A DNA stretch of 63,219 bases, filler included, from Octopus bimaculoides (Eukaryota): assembly GCF_001194135.2 (NCBI RefSeq). It is 7 parts of 7 records of this genome, joined end to end, with 100 filler letters (N's around TTAATTAATTAA, not from the genome) between each part and the next. Parts side by side here need not be neighbours in the genome. Positions count along the whole stretch, not along the records: positions 28,182 to 39,421 come from NC_068992.1; positions 39,522 to 49,726 come from NC_068982.1; positions 49,827 to 55,845 come from NC_068987.1; 4 more parts are not named here. One strand, written 5' to 3'. The position numbers and the translations under genes were made by a program. Position 1 is the stretch's first letter. Each line of letters starts with the position of its first letter. Shown piece after piece: positions 37,686-50,300 of this stretch. The notes beneath the pieces are model-generated. The model was not told the DNA's origin, made no database searches, and saw only the letters and a program-made list of their open reading frames with translations.

Positions 37686-38320
37686 AAAGACATAGAATTT
37701 AATTAAATTAGAACAGATGGACACATTAGTATAATAATACCTAAAATCTCCCAGAGGTTAGGGAGACAGATAATGCCCTTTATTCTCTTAAGCTTTTGAT
37801 ATGATAGTTTATAAATCTAAACTAAAAAGACAAATAAAATCAGTGACAGGCAGAGTCTTCTTTGGCATTTTATTTATTAGCTTGCATGGTGTGGCTAAAG
37901 CAAAATGTTCTCTGTCTGTCTCCCTAATCTCTGGGAGGTTTTAGGCATTATTATACTAATGTGTCCATCTGTTCTAATTTAATTAAATTCTATGTCTTTG
38001 TGCAGCTGAAGATTGCTCGGCATTGTTTTTTGGGCGAGGGTCCATGATAATGGAGATAGATAGATAGAAATACAGGTAGGTAGATAGGCTAATAGATAGT
38101 TTGATGGGGAGATAGATAGTCAGACAGATAGATATGTAGAGAGAGGGAGAGAGAGAGAGAGAGAGAGCAGGAGGATCCCCCTTCCTATTCACCATTTATT
38201 TATTTATTTAGTTATTTACCATAGTATTGGAATGGGTTTAAGGATGGTGATCTCATAAAAGCAAAAACAGGTGCGGTGTGGTCATTACTGTATTCACACA
38301 CACACACAAACACACACACA

Positions 38321-38377
<57 letters not shown>

Positions 38378-38554
38378 TCACACACACACACACTCACACA
38401 CACACATGTATCATATAAATTAGTGTACGTTTTTATACTCAAAAGCGGTGACCTTTAACAGGACACCTTACATGATGGAAAGGGCAGTTAATGCCTAAAC
38501 TATGAATAAGTGTAATTTCAAAGGGAATGAAAAATAAAAATATTTCAAGTGTTA

Positions 38555-38624
38555 CCCTTATACTCGAGTTTCTGCATCAATGTACAAATAAATTAATTTG
38601 CCATCCGTGCTTCTTCAGTAAGGG
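38555..38624 (-). ncRNA. Minimal type I hammerhead ribozyme, intact core
   Basis: CCCUUA CUGAAGA A GCA..CAAAU/AUUUG..UGC A GAAAC UCGA GUA UAAGGG: 6-bp helix I, palindromic helix III ACUCGAGU. Confidence 0.75.
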
Positions 38625-38919
38625 CGCTAAAATTAATGCATATTTATGCAACACTGAAGACACACGTGTTCCATCCGTATACATTATAATTTTTCAAATC
38701 CACCGAGCAAGTGCAGCTACAATCGACAGCGAATAATAATAAGAATTAAAACTGCATACCAAAGGTCTTCAAAATTTCGAAAATTTTATTATGAAAATAA
38801 TAAAGGTAGAAAATTTAGAAAAATATTCTACCGGTTGCCAGCATGCGTAATAAAGTCAATAGGCAACATATTTTTCGTATAAATTTGTACGTTTATATCC
38901 TGGGGGGAATCTCTGGGTT

Positions 38920-39387
38920 TTAATGACGGTCAACTCACTAGTCTGTTCCAGAGGACTTTGGGGCCGGGGCCCATGGATAACTACTAGAAATCCCTGGCCT
39001 GGCAGTGCTACCGAGGAGCTCTGTATGTTCGCGATAAACCCTTCAGACACAGATGTGCAGACAAACGTACATGTCCGAGATGCGAATAGAGCAATGAAAC
39101 TGTTCTGTAAACTACCGTACAGTATCCGTTGATTTCAGATCTATAGGTTAACATAGAACACCTGCTATCGTGTCTGGGAGGAGTACAGTTGTCAACTGAA
39201 TCCATCGTTAAGATTGTTCCACCTCCTTCCCTTAGCCGGGAAAGGCAGGTAACTTTTCTCTGCTTGGTGGCAATAGCGAAAGAAGTCGTGTGGTTGACGA
39301 GAGTGAAAAGAATTAAGACGGGTAACTTTCTCGCCGGCCAAGGTTTATTAAATTAGTTTTCTGACTATTTCAAAAGAAAAATAAGGT

Positions 39388-39400
<13 letters not shown>
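38920..39400 (+). mobile_element. Tx1/L1-like LINE ORF2 C-terminus (RT zinc-binding region), degenerate
   Basis: KSLAWQCYRGALYVRDK..TCPRCE*SNETVL..AKEVVWLTRVK..FLAGQGLLN*F..KRKIRLERE, with several stops. Confidence 0.8.
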
Positions 39401-39421
<21 letters not shown>

Positions 39422-39521
39422 NNNNNNNNNNNNNNNNNNNNNNNNNNNNNNNNNNNNNNNNNNNNTTAATTAATTAANNNNNNNNNNNNNNNNNNNNNNN
39501 NNNNNNNNNNNNNNNNNNNNN
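39422..39521. other. Artificial assembly linker
   Basis: 44N-TTAATTAATTAA-44N. Confidence 0.95.
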
Positions 39522-39996
39522 AAGAGGACGACGCTGAAAGGACTGAAGACAGACACTTTCCTATTCAGCTGAGCCCTCATCGACTTTTCCAAGTTCCACC
39601 AGAAAAGGAAAGTGAGGGTATAGAGAGAGGTACTGCGCCCCCATCACCACCACCACCAGTAATTTTGTTGAAATGTGGGTGAATGTTGCGAAAATGACTT
39701 GTGTGAATATTCATCTGTAAGCCGGAGTAGTTGGGGGGAAGAGGGGTGCCTACCTGGCGTGCCCTTGGCAGTCGTGGTGACCAAGATGTGTGGGGTGCCC
39801 TGGTTGGCCCTAGGTGGAACTTTCCACTATTGAGGAGTTTCGTTGTTAGATCTTTTGTTAACTGATTTTGTTTTTTATTGTTTACACATTTTCTGTTATA
39901 AAACCCACTTGTTCCTTGTTATTGTATTTTCCCTATATGTTGTTGTGTTGGGCCTTTGTGGCCAGTAAAGAAAAGATTATTATTATCATTATTATT
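39522..39996 (+). mobile_element. Tx1/L1-like LINE 3' end with UTR and (ATT)n tail
   Basis: LKGLKTDTFLFS*ALIDFSKFHQKRKVRV*REV..NFVEMWVNVAKM, homologous to 38920-39400 and 52065-52253. Confidence 0.75.
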
Positions 39997-40204
39997 AAGG
40001 CCGCGAGCTCACAGAATCGTTACTACACTGGACGAAATATTTAGTGGTATTTCGCCCGTCGCTACGTTTTGAGTTCAAATTCCGCCGAGGTCGATTTTGC
40101 CTTTCATCCTTTCGGGGTCGATGAATTAAGTACTAGTGAAACACTGGGGTCTATGTAATCGACTCATCCCCTCCCCCAAATTTCAGGCCTTATGCCTATA
40201 GTAG

Positions 40205-41277
40205 AAAATATTATTTTCATATACGCTCAACAGATTAGACTGTTTGAAAAGAAAAGAATCCTAACATCAGGCAACAACAAGTTGTCTTAGATGCCAAGAG
40301 CCCTCCTATTGGGTTACAGGAAGTAACCGTAGATGTCAAGAACCCACCTAATATCCTAGCTGTCCCTAATAACACTGTTTTCTGGAGCTTTACTAAACTG
40401 GATTTTATGCCTATTTCCCCTATCCATCTGTTCAGATCTTTAGGAATATTTTCCAGTGCACCTATAGCTACTGGGATACATTTTACCCGCACTTTCCATA
40501 ATCTCTGTAATTCAATAGCAAGGTCCTGGTACTTTCTTATTTTTCTATACTTCTCATATTAATGTTTTCATCAGTTGGGACGGTAAAGTCAATTATCTTG
40601 CACTTCCTATTCTCTTCATCTACTACTACCAAATCAGACCTTCTAGCTTTTATTACTCTGTAGTCTAAATGTTAAAGTCCCACAATATCTTGTATTTCTT
40701 ACTTTCTAGTACTTTACTAGATTCATGTTCATACCATTTATCAGTGTATTCAAATCCTAGCTTTCTATATAGCTCCCAGTGGATTGCTCTCCTTAGATTA
40801 TCATGTCTTTTCTTATATTCTTTCTGTGCCAGCATGCTACATTCACTTACTGTATGATTTTCATAATCTACATTGGGAATCTACTTGGTATTTTCTATCT
40901 TGGCTTTTATCCAATTAGTCCTTAATGCTTTATCTTGTGCAGTTACTAACAAACTTTCTGTCTCCCTCTTCAGCCTTCCTTTCTGCAGCCACAGCCATGT
41001 CTCACTACTACTATTTGCTGAAACTATCTTTGGGAATCTACCATGCAACGTCTTCTCCTGCCAGTCAGATAATTTCTGTTCTTTTTTCTGGTTTTTAACT
41101 TCGTTTGGTGTTTTAGTTTCCCTATGTCTTGCTGTGACTCTGGCAGCTTTTAATAAACTTTCTTCACTATTGCCTACATAGGAGTATATATCTATTCTAG
41201 CCAACTCCACGCAGTCTTCTACTGATATTAGCCCTCTTCCGACTTCCTTTCTAGATAGGACACGAAAGAAACGAAAC
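40205..41277 (-). mobile_element. R4/Dong-clade LINE 3' end with restriction-like endonuclease
   Basis: RKEVGRGLISVEDC..LHGRF..ETESLLVTAQDKALRT..HTVSECSMLAQKEYKKRHD..KILWDF..RRSDLVVVD..IIDFTVP..KYQDL..IPVAIGAL..LQKTVLLGTARIL; PD-(D/E)xK-type C-terminus. Confidence 0.9.
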
Positions 41278-41780
41278 NNNNNNNNNNNNNNNNNNNNNNN
41301 NNNNNNNNNNNNNNNNNNNNNNNNNNNNNNNNNNNNNNNNNNNNNNNNNNNNNNNNNNNNNNNNNNNNNNNNNNNNNNNNNNNNNNNNNNNNNNNNNNNN
41401 NNNNNNNNNNNNNNNNNNNNNNNNNNNNNNNNNNNNNNNNNNNNNNNNNNNNNNNNNNNNNNNNNNNNNNNNNNNNNNNNNNNNNNNNNNNNNNNNNNNN
41501 NNNNNNNNNNNNNNNNNNNNNNNNNNNNNNNNNNNNNNNNNNNNNNNNNNNNNNNNNNNNNNNNNNNNNNNNNNNNNNNNNNNNNNNNNNNNNNNNNNNN
41601 NNNNNNNNNNNNNNNNNNNNNNNNNNNNNNNNNNNNNNNNNNNNNNNNNNNNNNNNNNNNNNNNNNNNNNNNNNNNNNNNNNNNNNNNNNNNNNNNNNNN
41701 NNNNNNNNNNNNNNNNNNNNNNNNNNNNNNNNNNNNNNNNNNNNNNNNNNNNNNNNNNNNNNNNNNNNNNNNNNNNNNNN

Positions 41781-41851
<71 letters not shown>

Positions 41852-42987
41852 AACACTTCTTACTGTTTTTAAACATGAACACATTAGATAACGCTGTCTT
41901 GGAAATACGGAAGATAGGAGGGTCATGTTTGGAAATCATCTGAAGTCAATTCAAATAGGGGCTTACATGGAACTACACAACGACAACAACCAAAGTCTGT
42001 CACCTCAACACTTATCAGTATTTGAATTTTCAGCTGTACTGTACAGTGCTTCGTTGGTATGACCTGTGGTTGTGTCTGGCAGTCGTTGAACGACACTAAC
42101 TCGTCAGACTTCCATCAGATAAGGTTTTTGCAGTCATTGCTCCTGGAAATGGTGCAAAGTCTATCATAGAATATCCAGGTTGTGTACACCATCTATAGAG
42201 TAAGGAGGAGTTAGAGATGGTATCAATTTCGTTATCAATGGGTGTGGTTACTATCAACAATAATTAGCCCGTTAATGTAGAGAAAAAACAGAGTAGGGAA
42301 CATAAATTAACATAAATTCACCGCATGCTACATGAAATTTGAGCCAATGTATAACTTCTTAGCACTAAATCAGAAATATTATATTATATTATATCATATT
42401 ATATTATATTACATTATATTACATGATATAAATATATGTCTGTGTATAATAAATGCGTACATTCATATACGAAACGTCTAGATAGAATAGAGACAGCTGA
42501 TGAAGGGATATTCCAAGGGGCTTTCCGTTTTCCTATGTGTTCGTTCCGTTGTCTGTAGTTTATTGTTCTAACGTCCTGTACCCTGATATGCATGTATATA
42601 CACATGTAGATGTAAGTATGTACATATATGTGTGTATACATGTATATATATTCTTTGTATTATTATATATATATATATATATTCATGTGTGTGTGTGTGT
42701 ACCTGTGTGTATGTGTGTATGTGTGTGTGTGTGTGTGTGTGTATTTTATATGTAGATATTTGGGTGTATGTATTATATATGCGTCAGGATATGTGGATAC
42801 ATACATATAGATGCATATACATCATATATATGTATACACATACGCATACACATACACCTATATATATTCATACGTGCATGTATGCATGCATGCATGTGCG
42901 CGCGCGTGTGTGTAATACTCTCCGTTATGCTTCTCCCGGTTTCTTCAGTACAGTCCCAACAGGCACACGTGCATACACGCACAATCT

Positions 42988-43018
<31 letters not shown>

Positions 43019-43048
43019 TCAAACACGCACGCACAAGGAAGTAGAGGT

Positions 43049-43081
<33 letters not shown>

Positions 43082-43579
43082 TACATACATACATACATAC
43101 ATACATACAAATACAAACACACAAGCACGCACGCACACACACACACACAAACACATGAATATGCATACATACATGAAAATACATGAATATACATACACAC
43201 AAGCGCATGAGCACGCTGGCACGTGCACATACGCACACAACAAAATCTCGATCAGATAAACATGGCCTGTATAATGGACTAAGTCGATACTCACCGAAAG
43301 GGTTGCAAAAGGCAACGAAAGAGCTTTGACAAACAAAAACAAAACAATCGGATATTTAGTAAATGAGTGGAATTGAACCAGTGTATATGTTAATTATATT
43401 GACATGATGACTGTCCCTAAACATAACAAAATTTGTTTCAACACACCAATGCACATAAAGAATCTTGCAAACCAGATACAAAAGCCAAATGTACCGTTAA
43501 TCTCTACACATATTTTTGTCTCACATTTTTTTTTCATTCTTTCTCCGTTTTTTTTTTTTTTTTCTTTCTATCTCTTAAT

Positions 43580-43675
43580 CCTTTCTGTCGAAGAGTGTAG
43601 GCTCGAAACATAAAAGACTTTTCGATTCTTCCCGAGCCTGAAACTAATAAACCTGCTTATTGTTCCTACACCTGT
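43580..43675 (+). ncRNA. Penelope-like terminal repeat with hammerhead variant (U at position 6), decayed helix III
   Basis: CUUU CUGUCGA A GAGU GUAG GCUC GAAAC AUA AAAG; flanks homologous to 58224-58335. Confidence 0.5.
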
Positions 43676-44068
43676 NNNNNNNNNNNNNNNNNNNNNNNNN
43701 NNNNNNNNNNNNNNNNNNNNNNNNNNNNNNNNNNNNNNNNNNNNNNNNNNNNNNNNNNNNNNNNNNNNNNNNNNNNNNNNNNNNNNNNNNNNNNNNNNNN
43801 NNNNNNNNNNNNNNNNNNNNNNNNNNNNNNNNNNNNNNNNNNNNNNNNNNNNNNNNNNNNNNNNNNNNNNNNNNNNNNNNNNNNNNNNNNNNNNNNNNNN
43901 NNNNNNNNNNNNNNNNNNNNNNNNNNNNNNNNNNNNNNNNNNNNNNNNNNNNNNNNNNNNNNNNNNNNNNNNNNNNNNNNNNNNNNNNNNNNNNNNNNNN
44001 NNNNNNNNNNNNNNNNNNNNNNNNNNNNNNNNNNNNNNNNNNNNNNNNNNNNNNNNNNNNNNNNNNNN

Positions 44069-44110
<42 letters not shown>

Positions 44111-46554
44111 CATACATACAGACAGACATACATACATACATACATTCCATCTTATGGCGTGATCGTCTAGATTATATTACATTTATATGTGTATGTAAGC
44201 AAGAGTCAAATAGTGTTCCCTATATATTTATTGTACATGTTCAATTGTTCTGTCTTTAGTTTGTTGGAGTTCCCCCTACGAGAAATGTTAACATATATCC
44301 ACGGGTAATGTTAACATTTTTATCCTGTATCACACCAGTCATCAGAGATAACAATCAGCTTTTTAAGTTAAACGTCTTTGCTATTACACTCCCGCGAAGC
44401 TTCTAATCTATTGGCCAAACCTCTGCCCCGCCACCGCCTCTCGATAAATATGTTAATCGATTTTTAGAGAAGGAAGAGAGAGAGGGGGGAGAAAGTGGAG
44501 AGTGAGGAAGAGAGAAAGAGGGAGGGAAACAGTTGTTAGAGATATAAAGAGTGGAAGTGAGAGGGAGGACTACAGAGAAAGGGGAGGGCAATAGTGGTTA
44601 GATCTCTAGAAGAAAGAGATGGGGTTTAAGAATTGCAGAACTAGACATGGTTTAAATTAATGACGGGAAGAGAAAGAAAGGGTGAAAAGTTTGCATACAT
44701 GCACGCACACGCATACATACATACATACATACATACATGCACACACACATTTCTACGGTTAGTCACTGTCTTATTTCTGTATTATATCCTTTTCTCTTTG
44801 TCTTTCAATCGTCATAACAACTGTTTCTATTGCTCTGTACTAGTCAATTGGTCAACTCTATATCACACGTTAATTCATTTGATACAATTGCCTCCATTTT
44901 CTAAATCACGTTATGAAGATATTTCTTTAAATCCTCGTCTAAATAACTACATCTATTTGGAACACTTTTCAATTTTCTCAATCACGTTTGATATCTAATC
45001 GACACAAATTTCCGCTACCACAATGCTCCCCCCACCACCACCACATACCTTAGCTAAAACATCTTTATCACTGCATTCAGTTCTCTTCAATTTTATACAA
45101 CACAGACAATATGTAACACATAGAGCTATATTATCCATATGCTTTGGTAATTATCTACTGGTAAGCTATTGATCGAACGAGTCTCTACCATCACACTTAC
45201 ATGTTCATAACTTTTGGTAGGACAGCCCATAGCAGCGTGGATAAAGATAAGGTTAGATATGAAAAACTGTCCTCAACAATGGAGCAAAGAGGTGTTCCTT
45301 GCTCTCTTATTCCATAATTTCACATATAATTATATCATCCAAACCTTTTCCCCAAAGAACTGTAAATTACAGCAGATTTCTCACTCACCAATCTATCTCT
45401 TAACAATTTTCAATACAAACATCAACCACATTGATCTAAATACTCCGTGAGCAGAAGTGGTATTACACATTGACATACACGTCTCAGAACTTTAAGTCTG
45501 CACTCCATCACATATTTCTCTCACCCATCTCATCGTACTCAGCCTCAATCTTTACGACTTCACTTCCTCCCTACTTCTACATTCCAACCATTTGACGTCA
45601 GCCTCACTCTCCATTTTTTTTCTATTTCTTCCTTACTCCATTCAATTTCTCTCTTATTTGTCATCTAATTTTCTTAATAATTACCTCCAATTTACTTTAT
45701 CACACGCAATTTACTTCACCACACAAACATACATATACAGGCATCCCTAATCCATCAAATATCACATCCTCTGATCCGTTGTTCAAACTTGCTTTAAGAT
45801 ACTGCTATTTTATTTTTTCTTTCTCTTCAGTCGTCTGCCTTTTAACAAGATGGCTGGACTAAATATACAACGAAGTAGCGTCCTGCATATAAAGCATAAG
45901 CGGTGGAATATCACATTTATAATAAAGTGAACTAAAAACAACTTCGATTAACAAAGATTATTTAAGGAATTAGCAGTCAAAAACGCCCTCAAGAGATGAG
46001 CAGCTCTTAATATCAAGGGAGACAAATGCAATAAAATCGATAAATTGAAATTTTATAGAATAGAGAAAATATGCTGTGTGAGACTGATTTTAGGTGAAAT
46101 GGTGACGATGCCGAATACTTGGGTCTTTTTAGACCTACTCGGTGAAACATTCCTACTCACTTGGTAAAGTTAAGAATGATCAATGTGTGTGTGCGTGTGG
46201 GTGTGTGTGCGTTGCATGTGTGTCTGTATGTGTGTGTGTGTGCGCATGCAAGCGTGCGTGTGCATGTATGCCAATACCTGAGTGTATACATACACAACAT
46301 ACACTGTATATGTACGTATGTATGTATGTATGTATGTATGTGTGTATGTATGTATATGAATGATGGAACAAAGGAAATAAAGTAGCTCTCAATTAACGTA
46401 TTCGGCTGGAATTAGATGTACTTTAATATTAGTTAGTGTATCTATACTACTTGGGGTTTCGTGGGCGCGCAGGACGTTGCCGCCGCGTCAGACATTAAAG
46501 AGAGATATCTGAGAGAGGTGGGAGAGAGAGGGGTAGACAGACAGAGAAGAGATG

Positions 46555-46578
46555 ACGGTGACAATGAAGATGATGACA

Positions 46579-46627
<49 letters not shown>

Positions 46628-46640
46628 TGATGATGATAAT
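46555..46640. repeat. (GAC)n/(GAT)n microsatellite
   Basis: Direct reading. Confidence 0.95.
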
Positions 46641-47426
46641 GAAGAGGAGGGGGAGGAGGCAGCAGAGGAGGGACACTACGACTGAATCGAATACTTCGAA
46701 TATACTGCACCGCAAATGCTATATATATATAGATCTTACATATATTACACTCTGAAATTATCCATACAATTAGTAGCGAAAGACTCTCTCTGTGAATGTA
46801 TCACACATAAAATCAACAAGCAAAAGAAAAAAACTTCAGGACAGTCCATTTAGACCTTTTAGAGACCACCCATCCACTCATCTTTTCACCTCTTGTCACA
46901 CTTGCCGCGTCTATACCTCACCTCCCAGTCCCGCACGACCTACAATGTCCAAACCTTTCTTCCCCATCTGTTATCCCTCTGGAATCTTCTCCTCGCATGT
47001 GTCTACCCTGTGAGTGTTGACCTGTGACAAGCTCACCGATCTTGCAAAGGTTATGAGCAATACCCCTCCTCCCAGGCTAAATAAATAAAAGAATTTTTAA
47101 AAGATAGTTGGCAAGACGTAAAGGTCATATATATATANNNNNNNNNNNNNNNNNNNNNNNNNNNNNNNNNNNNNNNNNNNNNNNNNNNNNNNNNNNNNNN
47201 NNNNNNNNNNNNNNNNNNNNNNNNNNNNNNNNNNNNNNNNNNNNNNNNNNNNNNNNNNNNNNNNNNNNNNNNNNNNNNNNNNNNNNNNNNNNNNNNNNNN
47301 NNNNNNNNNNNNNNNNNNNNNNNNNNNNNNNNNNNNNNNNNNNNNNNNNNNNNNNNNNNNNNNNNNNNNNNNNNNNNNNNNNNNNNNNNNNNNNNNNNNN
47401 NNNNNNNNNNNNNNNNNNNNNNNNNN

Positions 47427-47549
47427 GAAGAAGAAGAAGAAGAAGAAGAAGAAGAAGAAGAAGAAGAAGAAGAAGAAGAAGAAGAAGAAGAAGAAGAAGA
47501 TGAAGAAGAAGAAGAAGAAGAAGAAGAAGAAGAAGAAGAAGAAGAAGAA

Positions 47550-47580
<31 letters not shown>
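47427..47580. repeat. (GAA)n then (GAT)n microsatellite
   Basis: Direct reading. Confidence 0.95.
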
Positions 47581-47582
<2 letters not shown>

Positions 47583-48529
47583 AAAGATGGTGGTGTGACG
47601 GTTGTGGTGGTGATGGTGATGGTGATGGTGATATGTTATCAGAAGTTACAGTGTAAGTTGGTAGGAATGTGGGCCACGATAAAAGTTTGTATACTGGCCT
47701 TGACCTGGGGTTAAGTAGGAGGTGTTCCCCAAATAACGGAGTTGGTTGTATGAAGTTAGTGTTTAACAGAACAGAAGGTTGGCTATCTTTCAACACACCC
47801 GCATACCTATATACTCACGCACGCAACCACACACACACGCACACACGTGCGCACTTTATATATATGTATATACATGCATAATACATACATATATATGTGT
47901 GTGTAAGTATATATATGTTTGTGTGTGTGGGGATCTTTTTCTCTTGGGCTGCACCTTTCAAAGTTTTCCATACGCACATACATACATACATACATACATA
48001 TCATTTATCTTTTCTTGTTTTTTTTTTAGGAATTAGACTGTTGTCATGCTGAGGCACCGACATGAAGGGCTTTATTCGAACGAATACACCACAATGCCTT
48101 CTTATATTAAACAAAAATATGCTACTTATTCTATCGGTTTCTTCTGCCGAACCGCTAAACTAACATCGGTTGTCAAGCAGTGGTGGGGAAAAACACAAAC
48201 ATACATATACAACAGGCTTCTTTCAGTTTCCGCCTACCAAATCCACTCCGACTTTCGTTGGCTTGGCATACAGTAGAAGACACTTGCCCAAGGTACTGCA
48301 CAGTAGGACTGAACCCAAAATCATATGATTGCGAAGCAAACGCCTTACCACCCACCTACGCCTTTTTGAACTCACCCAACTGGTGTTATGCGGAGGGTTT
48401 CTTCTCAACTTGAAAATGCGTCCAAGATCATTTGGTGTAGGTTCAGTCGTTTTAGAGGTATTGTTCCAATCGAAATGGAAGGCCTTCCAACTCCTATGGC
48501 CAACTGGAAATGATTCATTTTCATTATTT

Positions 48530-48990
48530 TATTCTTTTAATTGTCTGTGGTCATTGGACCTGTGCAGCTAAAATCACTCCTTCCGTTTCTAATGTTAGTC
48601 CTAAGTTTTTCAACCATGGTCATCTTTCATTCTTCTAATTTCTCTGTCGAGCCTCGTAGGATATTGGCCATGAAGTCTTTTTTTCTTGAGTATGTTTTGT
48701 AATTGTTTTTATGTCTTTTTTTCTTTTTAGCCATTTCTGTTGCCTAAATTTATTGTGATCTGAATTTATTGTCTCGTTTCTACTCTGTACTTTATTGAGT
48801 ATTGAAAAGTCTTTCTTCATCATTCTTTATTGCATTTATCAATCTTCTAATCTTTGTTTCTATTTTTCCTGTCCAACTGTTGTCCTTTCTATTTGTGTCA
48901 GGCCACTCTTTGTATGGCGGAAAGGTTAGATATATTCTGTCTATATCTGTTTTGGGGTGGTGAGTTTAGTATACCATTAATAGTTTCCTG
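48530..48990 (-). mobile_element. Second, degenerate R4/Dong LINE fragment
   Basis: HHPKTDIDRIYL, then (frameshifted) LHGQYPTRLDRE and PWLKNLGLTLETEGVILAAQ. Confidence 0.7.
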
Positions 48991-49120
48991 AGTTGTTTTT
49001 AAATTTGTTTAACTCACTCAGCATACAACACATGTCCATGTCCTGTATTTTAGCTGTTTCATCCATTACAAGGTATTTGCTTCGCTAATTGAGATTTATT
49101 ATAATTTTTATTATCATCAT

Positions 49121-49177
<57 letters not shown>

Positions 49178-49191
49178 TATCATTATTTTTG

Positions 49192-49660
49192 AGTTCAAAT
49201 TCCGCCGAGGCCGATTTTCCTTTTGATCCTTTCGGGGTCAATGAAAAAAGAACCAGCTGAGCATTGGGGTCGATATAATCGACCCCCCCTCCTCAAATTT
49301 CAGACCCTGTGCCTAGCACACAAGGCAAAATGCTTAGCGGTTTTTCGTCCCTCTTTAAGTTCTGAGTTCCAAATTCTGTTGAAGTCCACTTTGTCTTTCG
49401 TCTATTCGGGGTCGATGAAATAAGTACCAGCTGAGTACTGGGGTCGATGTAATCGACTAGCTCCCTCCACGAACTTGCTGGCTTTGTGCCAAAATTTCAA
49501 ATCATTATTAGTAAGGCAACGAGCTGGCAGAATCATTAACGCCATAGATAAGATGTTTTAACAGCGTTTCTTCCTGTTCTTTACGTTCTGAGTTCAAATC
49601 CGGCGGAAGTCAACTTCCTTTCCATGCTTTCACGGTCGATAAAATAAAGTACCGTCGAAA
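49192..49660 (+). mobile_element. Three tandem partial/complete SINE copies
   Basis: gagttcaaattccgcc / ggggtcga blocks repeated at about 49192, 49365 and 49585. Confidence 0.8.
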
Positions 49661-49726
49661 CCGGGTGTAGGAACGAAAGACCAATCGAGCCGTCTAGTAG
49701 CTGGTTCCCTCCGAAGTTTACCTCAG

Positions 49727-49826
49727 NNNNNNNNNNNNNNNNNNNNNNNNNNNNNNNNNNNNNNNNNNNNTTAATTAATTAANNNNNNNNNNNNNNNNNN
49801 NNNNNNNNNNNNNNNNNNNNNNNNNN
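49727..49826. other. Artificial assembly linker
   Basis: 44N-TTAATTAATTAA-44N. Confidence 0.95.
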
Positions 49827-49868
<42 letters not shown>

Positions 49869-50269
49869 TTATATATATATACTTATATATATATGTATAT
49901 ATATTTATAGATGCTGGCATGCCTGTGTGGTAAGAATTTCTCCACCCAGATGGTCCTGGGTTCAGTTCCACTGCCTGGAAACTTGAGCCAATATATTCTT
50001 ACTACTTATATATGTATGTACGTACGCATGTATGTATGTATGTTTATGTGTATGTATGTATGTATGTATGTGTTTGTCCCCCTAGCATTGCTTGACAACC
50101 GATGCTGGTGTGTTTATGTCCCCGTCACTTAGCGGTTCGGCAAAAGAGACTGATAGAATAAGTACTAGGCTTACAAAGAATAAGTCCCGGAGTCGATATG
50201 CTCGACTAAAAGGTGGTGCTCCAGCATGGCCCCAGTCAAATGACTGAAACAAGTAAAAGAGTAAAAGAG

Positions 50270-50300
<31 letters not shown>

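Noticed and set aside
42040-42110. Minus-strand CTGACGA GTT..AAC GAAG
   Set aside because: Core A is changed to G and helix I does not pair.
46100-46150. GTGACGA..GCCGA/TCGGT GAAAC hairpin
   Set aside because: C3 is missing, and helices I and III are unsupported.
46461-46685. Acidic ORF MGAQDVAAASDIKER..poly-D
   Set aside because: GTG start, no splice signals, and composition is explained by the (GAC)n repeat.
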